NCBI GenBank assembly: GCA_964636085.1
Contig: CAZWPQ010000036.1
Coordinates: forward strand, 3,859 to 20,521
Direction of reading: 5' to 3'
From: an uncultured Nitrososphaerota archaeon
Lineage (GTDB): Archaea > Asgardarchaeota > Njordarchaeia > Njordarchaeales > Panguiarchaeaceae
DNA length: 16,663 bases
Of the stretch, positions 1 to 8,073 are shown in pieces. Within the stretch, counting starts at the first letter, position 1, and the number at the start of each line of letters is the position of its first letter. Below the pieces are notes generated by a model. It saw nothing but the letters and a program-made list of their open reading frames with translations, made no database searches and was not told the DNA's origin. The position numbers and the translations under genes are program-made.

Positions 1-200
1 GTGCTTACCGCTGCGTGTTAGAAGTCACCAATATTGGCTAACGAAACTAGTTTCACGGCGCGTGGAAAGGCCAAAAATTTGAGACCTAGAATCAAGCGAA
101 ACAGAAACAGGGAGACGACTATATTGGAACGCAATTGGCGGGGGAGCTTAGATGAAACTAACCTGCAAAACAAAGAAAGAATAGAAGGGAAACCAATGCC

Positions 201-210
201 AAGAAAAAAT
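201..210 (-). terminator. Oligo-T archaeal terminator candidate
   Basis: Minus strand reads TAA-TTTTTTCTT directly after the anchor-encoding extension. Confidence 0.45.
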
Positions 211-1031
211 TAGGAAGTAGATTTTCTCCTAACAACAAGGACGAGAGCACCAAGAGAAGCTATAGTCACTATGCTCAAAACGAAGAGAGAGACTCAATAA
301 ATCATAAGAATACTGGGGGCGGAAACATTCTGAGAAGAAGTAACATTCGAGGAAACGGGATAATCATCAGGATCGAGAGGATCAGTGCCACGAGAAACCT
401 CAAAACCATCACTATAACCATCACCATCCGTATCGAGATCCGAGGGATCAGTACCAAACCAAAACTCACGAACACTACTAAGACCATCACCATCCAAATC
501 CAACGAAGCATCACTACTGTCTATTGGGTTGAGGCCATACATAACTTCCCAACCATCAGGCATACCATCAGAATCACTATCTGCAACAATAGGATTTGTG
601 CCGTGCTGGTACTCCCCCATATTTATTAGGCCATCACCATCCAAGTCTGTGGATGCATCCCAGAGATTTGTGAGGTCGAGGGAATATTTTATTTCCCATC
701 CATCGGGCAGGCCATCGGTATCAGTATCCCCATTATTAGGATCAGAACCATATACCTCCAGCTCCACCAAATCATTTGCACCGTCATGGTCTGAATCTGA
801 TATCTTATAGTTCCATGTTGGCTTCATAAGGGGATACTCGTCCCCTTCATATGTCTCGTTCCCTATTCCATTTCCATCTGGATCGCTTCCTGTATATCCG
901 TTCCAGTAGTTCCCTATTCTACTACTATAGGTTTTTCCTAGGTATGTATAGGTTATGCTGTGGTTTGTGAACCATTGCTGACCACCAGATGCTGTGTTTA
1001 TGTGGTGAGTATTGTTTATGAAATTCTTCAT
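210..1031 (-). pseudogene. Cell-surface protein fragment: C-terminal end of a NosD/CASH-type beta-helix, six TSP3-like Ca-binding DxDxDG repeats, Ser/Thr linker and C-terminal TM anchor; 5'-truncated, with an in-frame TGA at 296-294
   Basis: ORF 294-1031 starts at NFINN...GNYWNGYTGSDPDGNGIGNETY, typical of the end of a NosD-type domain, with no signal peptide. Repeats are DSDHDG, DTDTDG, DLDGDG, DSDSDG, DLDGDG, DTDGDG, each with E..G.[DN]P-like motifs. Past the TGA the same frame reads VSLFVLSIVTIASLGALVLVVRRKSTS-TAA(212-210), followed by a T-tract. Confidence 0.8.
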
Positions 1032-1101
1032 ATGGTTGTCCTTTCCAAATCATTCGATAATACTCGAACTAATATGCTAGTATATCTATCAATAATCCAA
1101 T

Positions 1102-1848
1102 TTATTCAAGTTCTGCCATTTTTCCATTCTTCTCGATATCACTAAGTTCCCAATATATTTCGCCTGTTGGCACGAGGCGCATAGTGAATGGAAAGCAGTT
1201 TGTTCTAGGGCGATAAGCCACATTCCTGCTTAGCAAATCATAGAGATAAACATCTAGGTCAGAATTATTGCTATCGGAGTTCGCCTGTATCTCGGAAATA
1301 TAGTTTCCGAGAGAAACATTAACAAAGATTTTGTCCTCTAGATTACCGTGCAACACTAAGCTATTCTTGCTATGGAGTGGTGTGAGAGATAGAACAGCAG
1401 ATCTTCTAATTTCGATTTTAGAGCCAAACTCTGCTATCTGTATTTTCTTCAGAAAGATTTTCTTATAAAGATTTAATTCTTGCAAGAAAAGAAAGCTTAG
1501 CCGTGACATGTTTCCCTGTAAAATTCTCTGTGGTTTAATATCAATCCTTCGAAACTCTATCCATACTCTGTGAAGATAAGGTTTTCCCTTACGATCATAA
1601 TAGATCAGATAGAAATCTCTAGGACTTAATGAATCTTCGAAAGCCACTATGTAAGGGCTGTTGTTGACCCAGACGACATTGGCCGGTATGCCTTGAGCTC
1701 GAAGTTGCCTCAAGACAAGATAATAATTTTCTTCGGCTACTTGCTGTTCGATCTTAAAAGTAGTTATATGGCCCAATTTTGCGTAGAATTTATTATTTGG
1801 TCTTAATTTTAGAGCTGTAATAATAGGCTCTGGTTTACTACTTGACAT
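1102..1848 (-). CDS. Hypothetical protein resembling the N-L1-PAZ half of an archaeal long Argonaute; probably 3'-truncated
   Basis: Likely start is ATG 1848 (MSSSKPEP) with GAGGGG upstream. IITALKL...HITTFKI, FGSKIEIRRSAVLSLTPLHSKNSLVLHGNLEDKIFVNVSLGNYI and LYDLLSRNVAYRP resemble my recollection of the N-terminal strand, L1 linker and PAZ start of PfAgo/MjAgo. No MID or PIWI follows. Confidence 0.45.
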   Translation of the reverse strand: MSSSKPEPIITALKLRPNNKFYAKLGHITTFKIEQQVAEENYYLVLRQLRAQGIPANVVWVNNSPYIVAFEDSLSPRDFYLIYYDRKGKPYLHRVWIEFRRIDIKPQRILQGNMSRLSFLFLQELNLYKKIFLKKIQIAEFGSKIEIRRSAVLSLTPLHSKNSLVLHGNLEDKIFVNVSLGNYISEIQANSDSNNSDLDVYLYDLLSRNVAYRPRTNCFPFTMRLVPTGEIYWELSDIEKNGKMAELE

Positions 1849-2161
1849 CGACTTTCCCCTCAAATTGATATGGAATTTCGATAAACGTATACTTGCCAGC
1901 TAATCTTAGTAAAACATGGTTGCCCCAGACATTCCTTATTACACCTTTTACTCTCTTACCAACTAAATCACTTTTGCTTAATATTTTAGCGACTCTAGCA
2001 ATTCTAGGAAAGACACTTTGACCAGAGACATAAGAAATCCGAAACTTAGAATACTCAGAATCATCCAATGATTTTATAATTTTCTCAACAACATTTGTTT
2101 GATTTTTTGAGGATTTCAAAGCAGAAACAAAATCGTGGATTGTAAATTTGTTAGAATTATT
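1838..2161 (-). pseudogene. C-terminal fragment of an unknown protein overlapping the start of the Argonaute-like ORF
   Basis: The 93-aa ORF has only a TTG start and no ATG; its frame stays open to ~2161 (INNSNKFTIHDFVSALKSSKN...). Its TAG (1840-1838) overlaps the downstream ATG at 1848 by 11 nt. Confidence 0.45.
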
Positions 2162-3605
2162 TATTCATTGAGCTTTGTTTGTAAGGATTCATGGATTGAT
2201 TTTGGGATGTCTTCTATGTTTTTGATGTGCTCTCCTAGTTTCTTCATTAGTGCTGCTGCTTTGATGCAGGCTTTTTGTAGTTCTTTTGGGGCCTCACTGG
2301 TAAATTTTGGTTTTAGGGAATTTATGATTGATTTGAGCGTCGAGTTTAATTCTTTTATTGTTTGGAGGGTATTGTCTATTAGTTCGTTCTTCTCGAATTC
2401 GTTTTCGAAGAACATTATTAGTTCCTCATTATTCATTATCATGCTATCTAGTGCCGCTTTTACATCATCAATACTCATCTCGGTGATTATCTCTGGTACC
2501 CTACCAATGACGTAAGAACCAAAAATTATTGCTCCAAAATTACCACCGATGAATAATTCGCTTATATCAATATAGATGCTTTTCCATGCCCTCTTAATTT
2601 TATCTGGGGCTCCAGGCTTGAAGACCACTAGGGAATATTTCCAAGGCAGACCCCACTTCTCGTTAAAGGCTTCAATGGCCCGTAATAGTCTATCTTTTGG
2701 GAGTTTAATAGGATCCTCATGGATTTCCACCATATTATCCGCATTCTTTCCCGTTTCATACATATAGAAATAGTCTCCCTCATAGCCAATTAGGAGTTCC
2801 GTATGGCCTATCTCATAGGCTTCCTTTCGAGCTGATAGAGAACGCTAGGCATAACATTGATCTTTACTGGGAAGTCTTGACTTAGATAGTATTTAAGAGC
2901 ATGTATGAACAATTCTGGATCGTTGCTGATATAGAATTCTCTCGTGAGTCCTAATGCCTCTGCTGCTAGGGGAAAACCTCTCTCTGGGTCATTACCACTA
3001 AATAGGAACTTTGAATCTGGCTGGTACATTATACCTAGTGTATATCTCAATGCTATTGTCGCCACATAATCGGGTATTCTAGCCCCATATTTCCTAGCCG
3101 CCATCAATAATAAATTTGTCTGACAGCGTCCCACCCCCTTTTGAGGAATAGCGAGCCAAGGCACATCCTTAACCATGGCCGAGTTAGGTATACTTACCTC
3201 TGAGATTCCCACGGGGATTGGCTTTGGTTTGTATGTCATGTAGGGATATCTATACCCATAGCACCACGAGATAAGTGCCGATATTCCTGCGATCAATACT
3301 ACTTCACCAACAATCAACATTATTGCCTCCACGAAATGCGAGGCCCAAGGAATAGCCATCAAGACTACTCCAATGACTATCAATAGTACCCCAATACTCC
3401 TCTTAGCTAGATTCCTCCTGAATAGCCAGATTCCTATGTCTTTACCTCTATAAAAGCCAAGACCTGTTCCAATAAGCGACAATCCAGCATAGAGAAGAAT
3501 AACTCTGAGAAAATGCACACTTACTATGCTCTCAGGGGCCTCCCCCAGAAAAACCATCACTATGCCAAGGATCCAGAGAACGTCCCTGAGCGTGGGCTCA
3601 GGCAT
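2161..3605 (-). pseudogene. Membrane-anchored papain-fold cysteine peptidase-like protein (C39-like/BtrH-like), split by a 1-nt frameshift at ~2825
   Basis: ORF 2808-3626 has four N-terminal hydrophobic helices, then IPQKGVGRCQTN (Q...C) and LKYYLSQDFPVKINV. The frame of ORF 2161-2763 extends upstream as KEAYEIGHTELLIGYEGDYFYMYETG (His, GY and acidic residue). Restoring one A in GAAAGG (2828-2823) joins them into ~480 aa. Confidence 0.75.
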
Positions 3606-3754
3606 CTCAAACCACCACATCACCAAATAATATTATAGAGAAAATGCTTTTAAATAATATTTTCCACAATATCTACACTTCCAAGAACGATTGACCAATT
3701 TATCTTTGTGATACTAAATTAAGTCAGAAAACTAAATCACAAATAATAACTCCG

Positions 3755-3776
3755 ATATATAAAGCATGTATACATG
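3755..3776 (+). promoter_or_regulatory. TATA-like box followed by the perfect 12-bp palindrome CATGTATACATG
   Basis: ATATATAAA at 3755-3763 and the palindrome at 3765-3776; no intact gene lies directly downstream. Confidence 0.35.
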
Positions 3777-4192
3777 TTACATATACTGTTATGCAGATAT
3801 ACTAAGACACTTATAATAAAAATGATTGGCAATAAAAAAGAGAACAAAGCAACAAAATATGCTACATGATATAATTAGAATAGGACCAATATTAATGCAC
3901 GGCTTTTGAGAGACATCTAACACTTCAAAATGGATGTTCTGGGGGAGACTAGCAGATATATATACACCAAATAGAGAATATACAACAGATAACGCGCTAG
4001 AGCTCATTCTCTCCTTCAGAATGATTACCAAAACCCATGGTACCGTGACCTAGATTTGACGAAAAAACCACTTTTACTACACTAGTAATACCCATAATTG
4101 TGTTGGGCCTCACTTTGCAAGATTCTCTATATATTTTATATACGAATTCCTATAATTATATTATTTTTAAGACTTAACCAAGGTGTTGGTAT

Positions 4193-4825
4193 ATGAGGAG
4201 AATCTTGCCAATTTTAATGCTCACGTTGATCCTAGCAACATTCTCCGGTGTGTTGGCCCAGGAGCTACCCTTCTCCGTTGGGGACGAGTTCGTCTTCACC
4301 GTTAAAAAGGCCGAAAAAGCATACTATTACATGTTATACCCAGCAGGATTCCCTACGGTCTACTCTACACATCCTTTAAGTAAGGGCGATGAAATTAAAG
4401 TCACAATTACCGACATAACCTCCGCCGTTGTGTATGCAGATGTGTATATTAACGGTGAGAAGATAATCTCGGATGGCATCCTATCTTCAAGTTTGTTTTA
4501 TCTATATATGGATGAGGATTACATAAATAATGTATGGAAGCCTTCGAAAGAAGCCCTAGGTTATACCGTAACCGGTAGCGGGGGCGACTGGGAGGTATCT
4601 GGTGAGTATGAAGGTGCTACAATAGAATGGCATTACGATGATTATGTATTATCATACTTCCACTATAAGTACTCTGCTGGTGGAGTTACTACGGAGATAG
4701 AGATTAGTACAGGTGGCGGTGGAGGAATGGGTCTTTCCTTACTGTGGATTGGTGTTGGAGTAGCCGCAGTCGTTATTATAGTGGGTGTACTATTCTTCCT
4801 CAAGAAGAAGTCCCAACCCGCTTAA
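4193..4825 (+). CDS. Secreted/cell-surface protein with signal peptide and C-terminal TM anchor
   Basis: MRRILPILMLTLILATFSGVLA-QE signal peptide; Tyr-rich beta-strand body; GGGGG linker; hydrophobic helix LLWIGVGVAAVVIIVGVLFFL; KKK tail; AGGTG RBS upstream. Confidence 0.85.
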   Translation: MRRILPILMLTLILATFSGVLAQELPFSVGDEFVFTVKKAEKAYYYMLYPAGFPTVYSTHPLSKGDEIKVTITDITSAVVYADVYINGEKIISDGILSSSLFYLYMDEDYINNVWKPSKEALGYTVTGSGGDWEVSGEYEGATIEWHYDDYVLSYFHYKYSAGGVTTEIEISTGGGGGMGLSLLWIGVGVAAVVIIVGVLFFLKKKSQPA

Positions 4826-4842
4826 GTCATATCTCCCATTAT

Positions 4843-4858
4843 CCCTTTCTTTTTTCTT
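4843..4858 (+). terminator. Pyrimidine/oligo-T terminator candidate
   Basis: CCCTTTCTTTTTTCTT about 18 nt after the stop at 4825. Confidence 0.45.
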
Positions 4859-5011
4859 GCCAAGATTGGTGTTCTATTGGAACCTTATAGGCTCTAATTC
4901 ACCATGAATAACTTGCAGGGGTTTCTTGGGATCCACACAATCGAGATTATCCGATCCTAATTTCCAGAACAGTGATACACATGCCCCTGGAATCTCTATC
5001 ATTGTATGAAT

Positions 5012-5620
5012 TCAATTGTGATTAGCGAATATATCTTGGCATTTCTCTGCGAATCTGCTTTTATGTCGACTGTTGAATTCATCCGCAAAAATCTCCATGA
5101 TGATTTCATCCCAGTATTTTCCTCCCCTAAACCTGTGTTTTCTTAGTCTGCCGACTATTTTAAATCCCACTTTTTCATAGGCCCTTATAGCCCTCTTATT
5201 GTATTCGAGCACACGTAGGTAGACCTTCGCTAGGCTCAACACGTTAAATACATAGTCGAGGAGCAATATTATTGCTTCAGTACCGAGGCCCTGTCCCCAG
5301 AGCTCTTTATTTCCTATGAATACCCCCAGCTCGGCGTTTCTACTGACCCAATCTATCTTAGCTAGGGAGATAACACCTATAAGTTCATAATCAGGCTTGG
5401 CAAGAATAGCTAACGTAAGGGTATTTTTTGTTCCCTCCAACACATTTCTCAGCCACTTCTCCTCCATGTTCCTAGTGTGGACACCAAAGAAGAGATTATC
5501 AGAAAGGTACTGAGTAACTGTTTTATCGTTAACCCAGAACCAAAAATTCTCTAGGTCTTCCTCAATAATGGGGCCCAAAGCCACATGGTCTCCCTCAACG
5601 ATAATAGGTCTCTTACTCAT
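5012..5620 (-). CDS. GNAT family N-acetyltransferase (RimJ/RimL-like)
   Basis: LIGVISL..IDWVSRNAELGVFIGNKELWGQGLGTEA (acetyl-CoA motif), YNKRAIRAYEKVGF and EIIMEIFADEF. Likely start is ATG 5620 (MSKRP) with GGTGGA upstream; the ORF track extends to 5641. Confidence 0.92.
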   Translation of the reverse strand: MSKRPIIVEGDHVALGPIIEEDLENFWFWVNDKTVTQYLSDNLFFGVHTRNMEEKWLRNVLEGTKNTLTLAILAKPDYELIGVISLAKIDWVSRNAELGVFIGNKELWGQGLGTEAIILLLDYVFNVLSLAKVYLRVLEYNKRAIRAYEKVGFKIVGRLRKHRFRGGKYWDEIIMEIFADEFNSRHKSRFAEKCQDIFANHN

Positions 5621-5765
5621 AAAATCCACCAGTATATTCAATTAAAGTTGTGGAACTGGATACATTATTCCCTTAGTTTTTCTTTAGCATTACATTATGG
5701 TATTTCAATCTTAGCAAATTAAAAAACAATATGTAATATTTTTATGAGTAGAAAGGGATTAAAGA

Positions 5766-6293
5766 ATGAATAGATTGTCGCTCGTAGAAGACTGGGTTGA
5801 CCTAGCAATGAGCGACCTTAAAGCTGTATCTAAACTAAGTATTTTTGAAAATAGGGGGGCTGTTGTATTCCATCTGCAGCAGTGTACAGAAAAAATTCTT
5901 AAAGCTATTATGGCGGCTCTGGGCTTCGATCCGCCTAAGACACATTTCCCATCCAGAAAACTAGAAGAAATATTGGTTGACATAGAATTGGGAAATTTGG
6001 AATTGGATATTAGTCCTGGCATTAGAACGAGGATCGAGAGAATCATAAATATCGCAAGAAGCATTGAGGATGAAGTAACAAGGCCAAGATATGGTATCAG
6101 GCATGTAGATAGAATCATTCATCCAGACGATCTATACTCTACCGATATTATTAAATTATTTCTAAATGACGTAAGATACATACTTAATGAAACATTAAAT
6201 CTCTTCAGGGAATTAAATATATGTAAGAGACAGTCTAGTATTTGTGAAAAACTCATGGAGGGTCAGAGTTATGCACCAAAGGGAGCTAAATGA
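5766..6293 (+). CDS. HEPN domain protein (COG2250-type; putative toxin of a HEPN-MNT pair)
   Basis: W...A.SDL..........AVVFHLQQCTEKILKA, PPKTH and RPRY motifs; overlaps the downstream MNT gene. Confidence 0.88.
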   Translation: MNRLSLVEDWVDLAMSDLKAVSKLSIFENRGAVVFHLQQCTEKILKAIMAALGFDPPKTHFPSRKLEEILVDIELGNLELDISPGIRTRIERIINIARSIEDEVTRPRYGIRHVDRIIHPDDLYSTDIIKLFLNDVRYILNETLNLFRELNICKRQSSICEKLMEGQSYAPKGAK

Positions 6294-6765
6294 TATTGCT
6301 AAGAGGCTAAGGAAAAATGGCATACATGATGTATACATAAGTGAAATAATCAAATATCTAGACATTTTGTCCGACTATGTGGACATAACGGGCGTACTCG
6401 TATATGGATCCATTGTTTATGGGAAACCCAGAATAGATAGCGACATAGATATAATAATTGTCTCGCCAGATTTCGACTGTAAATATACAGAAAAAATATT
6501 GTTGAGTAGGAAGATAGCTCCTAAGAGGCCGGCCAGAATTGCCGCGGTCTGGATGGGTGAAGAAGAGATCGAAAATTCTTTTCGTGGATTTACCGGTTTT
6601 CTACTAGACGCCCTATATTTCGGGTTGATAGTATATGACAAAAAGAACATATTAAGAAATCTTAGAAATAGGCTAAAAGATGCGCTGAAAAGTGGGAAAA
6701 TAGAGAGGAAATTAAATATGTGGAGAATACCGATAGAGACCGGTGTTGAGGAGATAGTGCTATAA
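6271..6765 (+). CDS. Minimal nucleotidyltransferase (MNT; putative antitoxin)
   Basis: VLVYGSIVYGKPRIDSDIDIIIVS (GS...DxD). Likely start is ATG 6271 with GGAGGG upstream; overlaps the HEPN stop. Confidence 0.9.
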   Translation: MHQRELNDIAKRLRKNGIHDVYISEIIKYLDILSDYVDITGVLVYGSIVYGKPRIDSDIDIIIVSPDFDCKYTEKILLSRKIAPKRPARIAAVWMGEEEIENSFRGFTGFLLDALYFGLIVYDKKNILRNLRNRLKDALKSGKIERKLNMWRIPIETGVEEIVL

Positions 6766-6881
6766 TTTATCACCTGTTTACACAATTAATGTAAGGATTA
6801 CCTGTTAAAGAGGCAGCTTTAAAATTTGTCTGTCCCTAATCCTTTTGCATATTTTTCGGCTCTGTTTTTATGTAGTAGAAC

Positions 6882-7187
6882 TTATTCTATTTTAATTTTG
6901 TCAATTAGCCCAACTCTAGTGGATCTATCCTTAGCTATTTTTAGAAGCCCTGCGCTTGTGTCCACAGATACCAACATCGTGATCCATATCGGCAAGCGAA
7001 ATAGAATAATATCCAAGGCCACAATCACAGTCCAAGATTTTCCCTCTCTTTAGGGATACCTTTTTATATAGTACATTGATACTATGTACTCTAACACGCG
7101 ATAGTGGTCTTAGAAGAGCCTTATGCCCCCATAGTCCACGGATTCATCATAGTACTTACTTATAATCTCTACGGCCCTCATAGCCAT
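6882..7187 (-). pseudogene. Class I SAM-dependent methyltransferase pseudogene (N-terminal part)
   Basis: Reassembled across two stops and two frameshifts: MAMRAVEIISKYYDESVDYGGIRLF*DHYRVLEYIVSMYYIKRYP*REG/KILDCDCGLGYYSISLADMDHDV/VSVDTSAGLLKIAKDRSTRVGLIDKIKIE*. This shows degenerate motif I (ILDxGCGxG) and the acidic D-x-S motif. Confidence 0.75.
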
Positions 7188-7349
7188 TTTTATCATATGG
7201 CGATAGAGAAAAAACAAACAAAAGGCACTCCAAACAAACTCAAAAGCATCCCTCCTATACATGCCCATATACACTAGGTTGCTTGAAAGCACCACAAATA
7301 TCTATAGTTCCTAATATACTATCATGAAACCAATATTTAGGGTGATATA

Positions 7350-7895
7350 ATGATTAATATTCTATGTAAAAGAAACCTAATATATGGCGACTGCGACTTT
7401 ATACTCAACCACATAGGCGATGATTTTGTGGTTATTTCCTTGGGGGATTATCATAAGGGACATTTGCTCGACTGCTACATGTTGGATGCAGACATCTATT
7501 TTATACCAGCATATAATTCTAGACAATTTATGACAGCCGTGGATAAGGCGATAGAGACGGGAAAAACAATAGTTGTGTATAGGCCGGACAGGCTCTTCAG
7601 ATTCAAGGATTTTCCCAGATTCAACAACATTATGCATAGGCTACTGATCCATTATGAGAACATGGTGATCATACTTACTGGAGCCTTGAGGTCCAGAAAT
7701 TTTCCGCCACCCCCAATGGCGCCCAATTTCGTCAGACATCTATGCGATGTGGTTGCATATACAATTGGGAGATCAAATGTCCATGTATTCTATATACTCA
7801 AACACCCCACACTCCCATATTGTAAGGTTTCGGTGAGGCGTCTCTATGGGGAGGAATTTCCCGAGTTATCGGACATATTTAAGGAGGCTTATTAG
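7350..7895 (+). CDS. Inactivated RadA/RecA-fold protein (iRadA) of the PolB2 operon
   Basis: NLIYG strand lacking a Walker A GKT; IYFIPAYNSRQF; FVRHLCDVVAY; C-terminal ILKHPTLP as in RadA paralogues; GGTGA RBS at 7341-7345; position upstream of polB2. Confidence 0.72.
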   Translation: MINILCKRNLIYGDCDFILNHIGDDFVVISLGDYHKGHLLDCYMLDADIYFIPAYNSRQFMTAVDKAIETGKTIVVYRPDRLFRFKDFPRFNNIMHRLLIHYENMVIILTGALRSRNFPPPPMAPNFVRHLCDVVAYTIGRSNVHVFYILKHPTLPYCKVSVRRLYGEEFPELSDIFKEAY

Positions 7896-8073
7896 CGAGC
7901 TACGGCATGTAGAGAGAATGGTCAGGGATAGAGATGTGGCGAGTGGAATAGAGAAAATAATCACTATAATAATGAATGAGAGTGGAGCCATCAGCATTTC
8001 AAGCGACCCAAAAATAATGCAGATATTGGTGATATTGGCGAAGATCCTAGCGTTAGTTGATAGGGATGATTAG
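7846..8073 (+). CDS. Small alpha-helical PolB2-associated protein (arCOG07300-like)
   Basis: MGRNFPSYR N-terminus matches the MGRTxPS-type start of this family; GGTGAGG RBS at 7832-7838; overlaps both neighbours. Confidence 0.75.
   Translation: MGRNFPSYRTYLRRLISELRHVERMVRDRDVASGIEKIITIIMNESGAISISSDPKIMQILVILAKILALVDRDD

Noticed and set aside
1-200. Open + strand frames and the palindrome GAAACTAGTTTC (43-54)
   Set aside because: No recognisable protein or RNA; a single palindrome at the window edge has no context.
302-1145. ORFs 302-514 (-), 529-810 (+) and 960-1145 (+)
   Set aside because: Alternative-frame or antisense shadows of the repetitive TSP3 gene.
2135-2767. + strand ORFs 2135-2515 and 2576-2767
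   Set aside because: Antisense to the peptidase-like gene; Ser/Phe-rich shadow composition.
3789-4031. 80-aa minus-strand ORF
   Set aside because: No RBS or motif; the hydrophobicity is explained by the A-rich opposite strand.
4874-5002. 42-codon minus-strand ORF MIEIPG...PLQVIHGELE, faintly like an alpha/beta-hydrolase P.LviHG motif
   Set aside because: Too short, with only one weak motif.
5661-5737. TACATTAT direct repeat (5661, 5691) and ATTACAT/ATGTAAT inverted pair upstream of HEPN
   Set aside because: Short AT-rich words with long spacing; could be an operator but cannot be told from chance.
5759-7053. ORFs 5759-6118 (-), 6417-6785 (-) and 6826-7053 (+)
   Set aside because: Antisense to HEPN, MNT and the methyltransferase pseudogene.
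7070-7090. Inverted repeat AGTACAT-N7-ATGTACT
   Set aside because: Lies inside former coding sequence, ~260 nt from the PolB2 operon start; no evidence it is a damage-response box.
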